From the UHGV virus genome UHGV-0332176: 64,000 nt of DNA. The stretch is one strand, 5' to 3'. Of this stretch, positions 46,369 through 56,136 are shown one piece after another. Position numbers and translations under genes: made by a program. Each line of letters begins with the position of its first letter. The stretch's first letter is position 1. Under the pieces are notes generated by a model. It was given only the letters and a program-made list of their open reading frames with translations. It ran no database searches and was not told where the DNA came from. The DNA is from a virus.

Positions 46369-46420
46369 ACACCTATCAAGGCAATTTGATAAGTTTTTAA
46401 TTTTTTATTGGAGAAAATGA

Positions 46421-46771
46421 ATGCTTGATACTACTAAATACGAAAACAAACTTTCTTATCCTAAAAGTATTAGTGAAGAAAGAACAGAGTATAGAAACCT
46501 TTTGGTAAAAGATAATCTTTCTCCTGCTCAAAAACTTCGTATTGAAGAATTGAAACCTATTGTTGATGAATTTGATGCTAAACGGAAAGCATATCGTGAT
46601 GAAGATAAACGTTTGTATGAACAATTCAAAAAAGATTTGTTTGAAGAATATGGAGTAACTAATAATCCAAAAGTTGAACAAGCATATTCTTTGGCTTATG
46701 CATATGGTCATTCTTGTGGCTTGAATGAAATTCAAAACTACTTTTCAGAATTGGTAGATTTAATTATCTAA
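46421..46771 (+). CDS. hypothetical protein (116 aa)
   Basis: RBS ttggagaaaatgaatg. Confidence 0.45.
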   Translation: MLDTTKYENKLSYPKSISEERTEYRNLLVKDNLSPAQKLRIEELKPIVDEFDAKRKAYRDEDKRLYEQFKKDLFEEYGVTNNPKVEQAYSLAYAYGHSCGLNEIQNYFSELVDLII

Positions 46772-46797
46772 TTTTTTGAAAAAATATATTTTACCTC

Positions 46798-46825
46798 TTG
46801 ACAAGTTAAAAACTGGTGTTATAAT
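46798..46825 (+). promoter_or_regulatory. promoter TTGACA-N16-TGtTATAAT, embedded in a 13-bp perfect inverted repeat aagttaaaaactg / cagtttttaactt (46801..46841)
   Basis: Read directly; the palindrome arms flank the -10 hexamer. Confidence 0.55.
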
Positions 46826-46859
46826 GACATCAGTTTTTAACTTATATGGAGATGAACGA

Positions 46860-47399
46860 ATGACTATTTTAACAACTGTTTCTTGCTTAAATCCTTTCTT
46901 TATGAATGATAGGCAAATTACAAACATTATTTTTTATAATGATGAAGGAATTTTATTTGAAACTCATCACGGCTGGTTTGGAAATAGCAATAATGTTTTT
47001 AAATCATTTGACCTTGTTGATGAAGTAAAAGTTCGCAGAATTACAGCTTTAAATAAATTGGATAAAAAAGAAAACTTTGTTGTTTCTTCATCAATTGCTT
47101 ATTCAAATGATAAAGGGTATGATTTATATCTTTATATTGATGGTAAAAATATCAGTCTTGATAAAGAAGAATTTAAAGAAGAAAACTTTTCTTCTACACA
47201 AATTAGAAAATATGTTAATCGTTGTTTAACTATTTATAATAAAAAAATTGACTTGGAAGAAACTTTAAAATTTGTAGATACTGATTTTGGTCAAGAAGTT
47301 AAAAAGATTGAAGAAGAATTATCTTCATTGGGTATTAAAATTAATCAATATGATTTAACAAAACTTTTGAAAAATTATAATTTAGTAAAGCGGTCTTAA
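46860..47399 (+). CDS. hypothetical protein (track 46776 start lies upstream of the promoter; ATG 46860 preferred)
   Basis: RBS ggag 8 nt before ATG 46860. Confidence 0.4.
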   Translation: MTILTTVSCLNPFFMNDRQITNIIFYNDEGILFETHHGWFGNSNNVFKSFDLVDEVKVRRITALNKLDKKENFVVSSSIAYSNDKGYDLYLYIDGKNISLDKEEFKEENFSSTQIRKYVNRCLTIYNKKIDLEETLKFVDTDFGQEVKKIEEELSSLGIKINQYDLTKLLKNYNLVKRS

Positions 47400-47415
47400 T
47401 GACCGCTTTTTTATC
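47386..47415. terminator. bidirectional terminator (aaagcggtc/gaccgcttt + T-run)
   Basis: Lies between convergent genes. Confidence 0.55.
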
Positions 47416-48112
47416 TTTCACTCATTGGAACTTCTGAATTAGCATATATAAATCTATATTGAAAAATTTCAGTATTTGTTATGTTAGAATTTATTTTAAT
47501 ATAATCATTTTTAGATACAGGAAATAAACATCTCATAATAACATCTGCTCCATTATGATACCATCCCTGACCATAAATATTATTAGAAAATATTTCAATA
47601 TAATTTGTTGTATTAATATCCGTTTTTTTCTGTAATGATATATATCCATTTGCTATTGCTGTATAACCTGTCAATCCTTGATTCCAAGTATTATCAGTAA
47701 TATCAATATATTTTTTACTGGGCATATCTAAACCTGCACCAGAAATTTGATACCATTCTGTCCATACACCTGTTTCATTTTCATTATATGAATTATAAGT
47801 ACGAGCATAAAGATTTGTTCCAATATTTGTTGAAATTATACTATTTTGTGAGTGGGCATATTGCCAAATTGCCTTCCTTGTTGGCGATGATTTTTGCGTA
47901 TGAACTGTTATAAACCATACTGTTGAATTAAAATCAACAGGACAATGGGTAATATCAATACTTCCAAAATCAACAGGTACATAATATAAACCCGTCTCAA
48001 TTAATGTATCAAAATCAGTATTTTTATTTTTAATTATATAATTTGATTTAGAATTTAATATATCATTTAATCCATCAACACGTGAAATAGGTAATTTACT
48101 TGTATCAACCAT
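47411..48112 (-). CDS. hypothetical protein; MxDTSKLPISRV paralog family (233 aa)
   Basis: N-terminus MVDTSKLPISRVDGL. Leader palindrome at 48125..48153. Confidence 0.5.
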   Translation of the reverse strand: MVDTSKLPISRVDGLNDILNSKSNYIIKNKNTDFDTLIETGLYYVPVDFGSIDITHCPVDFNSTVWFITVHTQKSSPTRKAIWQYAHSQNSIISTNIGTNLYARTYNSYNENETGVWTEWYQISGAGLDMPSKKYIDITDNTWNQGLTGYTAIANGYISLQKKTDINTTNYIEIFSNNIYGQGWYHNGADVIMRCLFPVSKNDYIKINSNITNTEIFQYRFIYANSEVPMSER

Positions 48113-48208
48113 AATTTTATCCCCTTTGAAGTTATTTAATAAATAACTTCAAACCTTTTTAATGAGAGTTCAATGAATAAATATTTGTATAGTTTTAAAG
48201 GTTTTTAA

Positions 48209-50890
48209 ATGGCTGAAATTTTAGGAAATAAATTAAAAATAAATTCAATTGATATTATCCCTTCAACTATCAATCATAATGATGAATATTTAAAAGTTTC
48301 TAGTGATGAAACAAAATATGAATATGTTTCTAATGAAGAAATTAAAAATGAGTTAGATATTTCTTATAATAAAAATGCAACCGTTAATAAAGGTTATAAT
48401 AAAGCATATGATTTATGTTTAACTAATTTTTCAACTGGCTTATTAACATCAAATTGCAGTAATGGATTTGTTATTACAACAAATGGTTCACAATTAGATG
48501 GAAATTGGTCAGTATTAAATTCTTATCGGGGAATAATATTAGATGAATGGTATTCTGCAAAAGCTGATAACATATATCTTCAAATTCAATGCCCAATACC
48601 AATGGCATATACTGGTTTATTAAGAAAAGTTACTGATTGGTATGATAATGTTAGAGCTTATGAACCTTTAAATTTCATAGTTGAAGCATCAAATGATGGA
48701 CAAACCTTTAATGAGATATTTAATCATACAGAAACTGTTTTAGTGCCTCTTAATGTATATACCTATAATTTTAATGAAAACAAAGTAAAATATTTATATT
48801 GGAGATTTAGATACCCTACTGGTGGTGTATCTGGACAGCGTTTTTCTATGATGTTTCTTGGAGAGATTGAACCAAATATTTTTACTCAAACTGAATTTCA
48901 AAAAAATAACATTATTAAAATGCACCCATTTTGGATGCAGGAATTAATACCATACAGAACGACATATACTGATGCAGAAAATAATGGTACTGTATCAGGA
49001 AGTGAAAATATTACTGAATATAATGCTAATAATCAAATGTGGCAAGCATTCCGTGGTCGTGTAGATACTTCAAATCAAGGGTGGATGTCAGCAAATACTC
49101 AAGCAGTTCCTTGTGAGTTAAGATATACACCAACAAACATATATACACCTGGTTATTATTCTTTTTCTTTTAGAAAAGGTATATGGGGTGATACTTGGGG
49201 ATATACACCAATAAATGTTGCTATTGTTATTGTAGATGAAAATGATGTAGAATATCCAGTATGGCATAGAGTTATGCATTTAATTAATCCAGCTACATTT
49301 TCATCAGAAATTCTTTATATACCATTTTCATTTAAACAAGTAAAATGGAGAATTGATGCTAAGTATTCAACACGCGTTTCAATGGGTCATTGCCAAATTT
49401 TAAAATGTGAAAATATTGATTCTTATAATGCTGGTAATGTTAGAGTAGATTATAATATTTTTACTGCAACAAAAGGTCATAATATAAGAGCAGGTGGATA
49501 TTTCCATTTACCAACAATTGAATATAATGTTAGTGAAGATAATCCTTTAGAAGTTACTTTTCCTGATAATTCAAAGAAAACTTTTACATCATTATCTTCT
49601 ATTACAATAAAACCTCAAAAGAAATTTAGATTAATTACTCCAAAACATTTAGATTCAGAAACTTATAATCCAGCAACATTTGGAGAAGTAAGTAATAATC
49701 AAGATTATGTTAACATTGTACAAGGAACTTGTACAGGTATTGGTTCACAATTAGATTCATCAAGATATTTTTGGAAAGCTATTTGTACAGATGTACGAGC
49801 AGTTGATGATTGTTGGTTAACATCAAATAATGGTGCATTAGGTGGACCAATTTATACTTGGAATCAATTAAAACCAAAAGGTAGATATGTATTTAAATTT
49901 AATACTGGTTGGTGGCGAGATACAAATGGTTATTCAGCATCTGAAGTTAGAGTTCACGTAAGAAATGGTGATTCAGATAGCTGGAAAACTGTTTGGAATG
50001 TTGTTAATATTCCAGCAGCATATTCTACTTATTGGTGGTCACCTGTAATTGATATTGATTTTGAATTTAATCAAGTATATTTTGAAATGGTTTCACGAAA
50101 TCAAAGTTATCACGGTGGATTAGCTTGTTGTGCTGTTTTTCAAGAATGTGATTATGATTATCAAATTGGAACTGGTTGGTTAGTTTCTGATGATATTCGT
50201 CAAATTTATGAAAGAGCATATCAATATGCGTATGATTATCAAGAATCTCAAAATTTATATTTAAAAAAAGATGGAACAACTTATGGATTATCTAATTTAG
50301 TATATAGACAATCAGAACAACCATTAGAGCCAAAAGAAAATGATATTTGGTATAATAATAAACAAGAACCTTTAAGAGTTTATCAATATAAAAATAATGA
50401 ATGGGTTGCTTTTAATGATGTATTATTAGGTAATTTTAATTTAGTTAATGGTGTAATTCAATCATTTTATGATAATCCATATAATGATAATGGAACTTAT
50501 AAAAATTCAGATTGTATTTGGTCAAGTGAATTATCATTAACTGATGAAGCAACAATTGTTGATGGTGATGTTTTTACAATTACTAATTTAATATCTAATG
50601 TTTATCATAATTTAAATATTCAAGATACAACTAAATATAAAGCTGAATGCTATTTAAAATGTGTTGCTGAAGATTGTGGTTATGAACCAGGTGATATTGC
50701 TATGGGTACAATGATAGTTTTAACAGCAACTTTATTTGCTCAACCAATTCCATATTTAACAAAAAATACAATTGGTATTTGGACATCTAATTTAAATAAT
50801 GGTTGGAGAATTATTCATAAATGGTCAGGTCAAGTTGTAGAAGCAAATTGTAATAATTGGAGATTAGTATTTAAAATAAGGGAATTATAA
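48209..50890 (+). CDS. receptor-binding/tail-fibre-like protein, paralog 1 (893 aa) with a conserved C-terminal domain
   Basis: C-terminal YEPGDIA...IG(I/L)....N.G......W(R/K)(L/I)(V/I)F(K/R)I is shared with the next two genes. N-terminal regions differ. Confidence 0.5.
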   Translation: MAEILGNKLKINSIDIIPSTINHNDEYLKVSSDETKYEYVSNEEIKNELDISYNKNATVNKGYNKAYDLCLTNFSTGLLTSNCSNGFVITTNGSQLDGNWSVLNSYRGIILDEWYSAKADNIYLQIQCPIPMAYTGLLRKVTDWYDNVRAYEPLNFIVEASNDGQTFNEIFNHTETVLVPLNVYTYNFNENKVKYLYWRFRYPTGGVSGQRFSMMFLGEIEPNIFTQTEFQKNNIIKMHPFWMQELIPYRTTYTDAENNGTVSGSENITEYNANNQMWQAFRGRVDTSNQGWMSANTQAVPCELRYTPTNIYTPGYYSFSFRKGIWGDTWGYTPINVAIVIVDENDVEYPVWHRVMHLINPATFSSEILYIPFSFKQVKWRIDAKYSTRVSMGHCQILKCENIDSYNAGNVRVDYNIFTATKGHNIRAGGYFHLPTIEYNVSEDNPLEVTFPDNSKKTFTSLSSITIKPQKKFRLITPKHLDSETYNPATFGEVSNNQDYVNIVQGTCTGIGSQLDSSRYFWKAICTDVRAVDDCWLTSNNGALGGPIYTWNQLKPKGRYVFKFNTGWWRDTNGYSASEVRVHVRNGDSDSWKTVWNVVNIPAAYSTYWWSPVIDIDFEFNQVYFEMVSRNQSYHGGLACCAVFQECDYDYQIGTGWLVSDDIRQIYERAYQYAYDYQESQNLYLKKDGTTYGLSNLVYRQSEQPLEPKENDIWYNNKQEPLRVYQYKNNEWVAFNDVLLGNFNLVNGVIQSFYDNPYNDNGTYKNSDCIWSSELSLTDEATIVDGDVFTITNLISNVYHNLNIQDTTKYKAECYLKCVAEDCGYEPGDIAMGTMIVLTATLFAQPIPYLTKNTIGIWTSNLNNGWRIIHKWSGQVVEANCNNWRLVFKIREL

Positions 50891-52803
50891 TGACACAAAT
50901 TAATCCAAAAGTAGAATATGATAATTTAGAAGGATTTCCAACATATAATGGAAATGAAATTCATTATATTAAAAGTACCGATGATTTAATAAATTTAAAA
51001 GATGTTTCATTGGATACTGTAAAAACAGAAATGAATTTTAATAATCCACAAATATTAAATTATAATTATATTAAAGAAGCTCCAAAAAATATTTTACAAA
51101 ATATTCAAAAAGAAATTTTTACATTTCCTGTTATGACTGCTAATGAAACTGTTATTGGAGATTTAACATATATTGCATCAAGTTCATCACAATATAATGA
51201 TACTTATGCAGCGTGGAAAGCATTTACAGGTACATTTGCAGCTGAAACAGATGCTTGGCAATCTCAAGTATTACCAACAGTTGATGCACCACAATGGTTA
51301 AAAATTTATTGTGGTGGTCAAGATATATTTCCATTATATTGGATAATTGGAAATTGTGGTTCATATACTCGTTCAATGAAAAATTTTATTATTCAAGGCT
51401 CAAATGATGATTCTCAATGGACTGATTTAGTAACAGATATTAATTATTCTAATATAGCTAATGATACATTTTATGTTTATTCTACTATTAAAAATCAATC
51501 ATTTAAATATTTTAGAATTTATATTACAACAGGAAATGCTACTGATTTAGTAAAAGTTGGTAATTGGTCAATGGTTGGTTATTTAAATTCTTCTACAATT
51601 ACTATTCCTTCTAATATTAATGAACAAAACCCTTTAATTTATATTGATGATAATGGTGAATCTCATACAATTACAGATAATTTAACTATAAATGTTACAC
51701 CAACAAGTTATACAAATATTGTTCCTCATATGAATAGTAATGCTGAACAAGGTTGGACATTAACAAGTAATAGAATGAATGGTTATACTTATGCTCAACC
51801 ATATTATATGACAAATGGAATTAATACTCAAGGTTTCCATTGCAATACTGCAATTGCAACTAATAATATAAGTTATGTTTCATATACAAGAGATACATCA
51901 TTTACACCTGTTGCATTTAAAATTAAAAATAGATGGGATTATGGAAGTGATATTAGTTATGAAGCAATAGTTGGTTTTAATGTTAAAAATGAAAAATCAA
52001 ATGTTTTATATAGAACTAACCAACATTATCGTTTAGCTCAAAATACTTGGCAAGAATTTAGATTACAACGGATTGAACCTTGTATGTCATTTATAATTGA
52101 AGCATTTAATTCCGATAATACTAATGCTTATCATAATTATGGTAGAGGATTTGAAATTTTAGTAGAAGATAATAATGGTACAGATTTCTTAGAATGGAGT
52201 ACATCATATATCTTTTTAAATACAACTACTGAACAATTAGTAGAAGAAAAAGGTGATTTTATTATTTCTCAAGTAATGCCTTCAACACCTAAAAATAATG
52301 ATTTATGGTTAAGTATTTTAGATAAAGGTAGAGTTTATAAATTTAATGGTACTTCGTGGGATTTAACAACTTATATTCCTATTGCGATGATTGTATATAA
52401 CTATTATCAAATTTCATCAGTATATAATTATCCTTTAAATGCTAATTGGTATGATTTAACTACTAAATCAATGTGGAAATCTCCTGAATTAATGCCAGCA
52501 ACAAATAGTTGGATTATGTATCCTCATAATCAACAATTTCAAAATATTAAAACAAAATTTTATGATATGATTTTAATTAATAAAATTGCAGAATTTGGAT
52601 ATGAACCAGGTGATATTGCAGAAGGAGTGTCTATTGATTATGTAGCAACTGATAATCGTTATCCAACAGTATTTTTAGATAATAAATTTATTGGTATACA
52701 TACAGGAACATTAAATACAGGTATATCAATATTACAAAAAAATAGTTCAGTTGAACAATATATAACATTAGCCAATTGGCGTATAATATTTAGAATATGG
52801 TAA
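50890..52803 (+). CDS. receptor-binding/tail-fibre-like protein, paralog 2 (637 aa)
   Basis: Shared C-terminal domain (FGYEPGDIAEG...ANWRIIFRIW). ATGA start/stop overlap. Confidence 0.5.
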   Translation: MTQINPKVEYDNLEGFPTYNGNEIHYIKSTDDLINLKDVSLDTVKTEMNFNNPQILNYNYIKEAPKNILQNIQKEIFTFPVMTANETVIGDLTYIASSSSQYNDTYAAWKAFTGTFAAETDAWQSQVLPTVDAPQWLKIYCGGQDIFPLYWIIGNCGSYTRSMKNFIIQGSNDDSQWTDLVTDINYSNIANDTFYVYSTIKNQSFKYFRIYITTGNATDLVKVGNWSMVGYLNSSTITIPSNINEQNPLIYIDDNGESHTITDNLTINVTPTSYTNIVPHMNSNAEQGWTLTSNRMNGYTYAQPYYMTNGINTQGFHCNTAIATNNISYVSYTRDTSFTPVAFKIKNRWDYGSDISYEAIVGFNVKNEKSNVLYRTNQHYRLAQNTWQEFRLQRIEPCMSFIIEAFNSDNTNAYHNYGRGFEILVEDNNGTDFLEWSTSYIFLNTTTEQLVEEKGDFIISQVMPSTPKNNDLWLSILDKGRVYKFNGTSWDLTTYIPIAMIVYNYYQISSVYNYPLNANWYDLTTKSMWKSPELMPATNSWIMYPHNQQFQNIKTKFYDMILINKIAEFGYEPGDIAEGVSIDYVATDNRYPTVFLDNKFIGIHTGTLNTGISILQKNSSVEQYITLANWRIIFRIW

Positions 52804-52811
52804 GGTAAAAA

Positions 52812-54518
52812 ATGGCAAATAAAACAAGTTATACAAATGTAGAGGGTTTAGTACCATTAAAAAATAATGGAAATAAATTTATTGGTATTAAAAATAATCA
52901 ATTACAAGCAGTATCTAATGAAAATTTATTAGATTCATTTAATATTAGTCAAAGAATACCATTTAGTGTTAATACTTGTTCAGATACTTTTATTAAGCCA
53001 TATGGTATTATTTCAAGTGGAAATGAAATTATATTATATCCAATGAAATTAATGGATTCAAGTAATACTATTGAAATAAATTTAACTGAAACATTAACTA
53101 AAAATATGAATTTATTTGCTGAAGGAAATAATCAGGGTTGTAAAGATAATTCTTATACAAAATGGCAACAACCTGTTATGACTGGTGAATATACTCCTTA
53201 TGGTCATTGTTTTCAATCACAAGGAACAATGACATCAGCTCCTTATATGGCAATGGATGGTGTTATTGATTCTCCATTAAATCAATGGTTAGCATCTACA
53301 ATTAATTCAACTTGGATATATACAAATACTAATCCAATTATTGTTGAATCACTTTATTTACATAATACTAATACAGCTAATAGAAGTAGAGATTTAGATA
53401 TTTTTATTAATGAAGATATTAATCAAAAAATTTTAGAAAATTATGTATGTTCGCCAGATGTATATGATATTAATTATATTAATATTCCTGCTGAAAATAG
53501 AATTGAATCATCATCTATTGGTATTTTAGTTAAAACTGCTTTTGCAGGAACAACTGTTGGATTTACAGAAATTGAAATAAATGCTAAAACTAAATATGTT
53601 CAACCTAATACATACTACAATGTATTTTTAATTACAAATAAAGAACAAACTAAAGTTGATTTTATAATTACAACTGATAAACAACCAATTATGCCTTCTG
53701 GATTTGAAGATGGTTATTATGCTTATGTTAAACAAGTACAAACAGATTTAATTTATAATATTTTTGAAACATCTTTAGGTGATGGTTTAGTGTTTGATAT
53801 GAGTCGTCCATTAACTATTACAGATTGTAATAATCAAACAACCATTATTACAAATGAATTACCTATAATAAAATTTAATGATACTGATTTAACTAAGGAA
53901 ATTATTCATACTGTATATTGTAAAAGTGATGGAACAATATATGATAGAACCGCTAAATTTTATAAAAATTTAGATTCGTTACCAACTGCGTATCAAATTG
54001 GAGAAGTAGCTTTCATTACTGGTAATTATGCTAATGGAAAAGCATTTGAATGGGATGGAGAAAATTGGATAGACTTTAATGATGTTCCTATTTGTGAAGT
54101 ATATCGTTATAATAATAAATCCATAGCAATTAATCAATTTCCTTGCAATAACAATTTTTATATTAAATCTCTACAAAATGATGTATGGATTCACGAAGAA
54201 ACAATGAAATTAGGATTTAATTATATAATTCCTCATAATTTAAATATTGAAGATATTTCAGATTATAAATTTGATTGTCAAATGTTATGTATTCAAGCTG
54301 ATGCAGGTTATTTACCAGGTGAATTAGCAATGTGTCCAACATTAGTTTTTAATGCAACAAATAACATTCGTAATATTCAGCCATATTTAACAAAAAATTA
54401 CATTGGTTTAATGTCAGGAACAGTTAATACAGGTTTTTGGGTTGTAAACAAAACAAGAGGATATGCTTGGGATGCTAATCTTTCTTGTTGGAAACTCATA
54501 TTTAGAATTTGGAAATAG
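52812..54518 (+). CDS. receptor-binding/tail-fibre-like protein, paralog 3 (568 aa)
   Basis: Shared C-terminal domain (AGYLPGELAMC...SCWKLIFRIWK). Confidence 0.5.
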   Translation: MANKTSYTNVEGLVPLKNNGNKFIGIKNNQLQAVSNENLLDSFNISQRIPFSVNTCSDTFIKPYGIISSGNEIILYPMKLMDSSNTIEINLTETLTKNMNLFAEGNNQGCKDNSYTKWQQPVMTGEYTPYGHCFQSQGTMTSAPYMAMDGVIDSPLNQWLASTINSTWIYTNTNPIIVESLYLHNTNTANRSRDLDIFINEDINQKILENYVCSPDVYDINYINIPAENRIESSSIGILVKTAFAGTTVGFTEIEINAKTKYVQPNTYYNVFLITNKEQTKVDFIITTDKQPIMPSGFEDGYYAYVKQVQTDLIYNIFETSLGDGLVFDMSRPLTITDCNNQTTIITNELPIIKFNDTDLTKEIIHTVYCKSDGTIYDRTAKFYKNLDSLPTAYQIGEVAFITGNYANGKAFEWDGENWIDFNDVPICEVYRYNNKSIAINQFPCNNNFYIKSLQNDVWIHEETMKLGFNYIIPHNLNIEDISDYKFDCQMLCIQADAGYLPGELAMCPTLVFNATNNIRNIQPYLTKNYIGLMSGTVNTGFWVVNKTRGYAWDANLSCWKLIFRIWK

Positions 54519-54528
54519 TATAAATATT

Positions 54529-54536
54529 TTATATAA
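54529..54536 (+). promoter_or_regulatory. TATAAATA match (T4-type late-promoter -10 consensus) 18 nt upstream of the 54554 gene
   Basis: Exact octamer; a second exact copy is at 6944..6951, upstream of 6998. Confidence 0.3.
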
Positions 54537-54553
54537 GAAATGAAGGATTATGT

Positions 54554-55279
54554 ATGTCTACAATTTATGATATAGCTGGTACAAGTGCAAATTCATTTAA
54601 TTTAAATGGTAAGGTAACATTATTACAAGGTGATGAAGCTCCACAAATATATCAAGGAGTTGATGGTGATGTTTATTTTAGAACAAATGGTTTAATTTAT
54701 TCTAAACAAAATGGAACTTGGTTAAACTTATCATCTGCATCATTACCAGATGCTGCAACAGGTGATGGTAAATTTATTGTTTCTAATGGACAAAACTATG
54801 AATTTTATGATTTATCTGTTAATGATATTGCATTTTTATCAAGAAATAATGTATTTACAGGTAGCAATACATTTAATAATGTTGTTCAAGGTACAGCATT
54901 CAGAACTTATTGGGGTGACTTAGCTGAAATTTATGAAACTGATAAGGAATATCCAAAAGGTACATTGGTTAAATTTGGTGGTGATAAAGAAATTACAATA
55001 GCCGATACACAAGTTAATGCAGTAATTTCTTCAGAACCTGGTTTAATTTTAAATACTCAAAATAAAACAGGTCAAGCTATTGCATTAATTGGTAGAGTTC
55101 CTGTTAGAGTTATTGGTAATTGTAAAAAATTTGATTATTTAACATTATCAGATGTTCCAGGTGTTGCAACTGTATTAGAAGATAATGAATTTCCATTAAA
55201 TGTTATTGCAAGAGCATTAGAAAATAAAGATTATGTTGAAGAAGGTCTAGTTCTTTGTGTTATAAAATTTGATTTATAA
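54554..55279 (+). CDS. tail-fibre-associated protein (241 aa)
   Basis: Adjacent to the RBP paralogs; G/N/T-rich. Confidence 0.4.
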   Translation: MSTIYDIAGTSANSFNLNGKVTLLQGDEAPQIYQGVDGDVYFRTNGLIYSKQNGTWLNLSSASLPDAATGDGKFIVSNGQNYEFYDLSVNDIAFLSRNNVFTGSNTFNNVVQGTAFRTYWGDLAEIYETDKEYPKGTLVKFGGDKEITIADTQVNAVISSEPGLILNTQNKTGQAIALIGRVPVRVIGNCKKFDYLTLSDVPGVATVLEDNEFPLNVIARALENKDYVEEGLVLCVIKFDL

Positions 55280-55303
55280 TTTTTTATTTTTGCTTTCTTT
55301 TAT

Positions 55304-55338
55304 TAAATCCTCTATATTTGTATAGGGGATTTTTTATA
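55304..55338 (+). terminator. rho-independent terminator (aaatcctctata...tataggggattt + T6)
   Basis: Read directly. Confidence 0.55.
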
Positions 55339-55368
55339 ATAAATAATTAATATAATTGGAGAAAATAT

Positions 55369-56136
55369 ATGGTAAAATTTTCATATAAATTAGTAAAAAC
55401 AGATAAAATAGTTCGTAAAGATGAAAATAAACATAAAATAATTGAATTAATTCCTCATAATGATATTACAAAAGAGGAATTAATAGATTTATTAAAATAT
55501 GTTTATGATTTAGAAAATAATGAAAAATTTAAAGATAATATTTTATTAAAATTAAAAGGATTAAATACTGACTTAATTGAAGAATCTATTAAATATTCTT
55601 TGACAAGAGAAGATTTAAAAGACCCTTTAATGATTTTAAATATTATTAATTTAATTAAAATTTATAATAATTTAAATGATAATTTTTTCCAAGATGAAAA
55701 TATCTATATTGATTCAAAAAAGCAATTATTAGATATTAAAAAACATATTAAACAAGAATTAAAAGATTTTATTAAAAAATTAAGTATCTACTTTATTTCA
55801 ATAATTAAATCTTATAATAAAGTAACTTATACCTCTCTTGATACTTATACTGTTTTACCAAATATTTATAAAACAATATTTTTATCATCTGACTTTTTAA
55901 CATTAGCAGGTATTTTATCAGTATCAGATTCATTTAATACAGAAGAATGTGTTACTGTTAAGGATTCATTTACATATGTTTCTTCATTATTAACAAAAAA
56001 TTTATTAAGTATTAATTTAATGAATAACTTTTTTAAAGATTTTGATGAAAAAATAAAAAAGGATAAAAATGACAATAGCAACCAATCAAGTAATTGTTTA
56101 TCAAGATTTATTAGATTTTGTTTTAACAAATCTTAA
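55369..56136 (+). CDS. hypothetical protein (255 aa), K/N/I-rich
   Basis: RBS attggagaaaatatatg. Confidence 0.4.
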   Translation: MVKFSYKLVKTDKIVRKDENKHKIIELIPHNDITKEELIDLLKYVYDLENNEKFKDNILLKLKGLNTDLIEESIKYSLTREDLKDPLMILNIINLIKIYNNLNDNFFQDENIYIDSKKQLLDIKKHIKQELKDFIKKLSIYFISIIKSYNKVTYTSLDTYTVLPNIYKTIFLSSDFLTLAGILSVSDSFNTEECVTVKDSFTYVSSLLTKNLLSINLMNNFFKDFDEKIKKDKNDNSNQSSNCLSRFIRFCFNKS

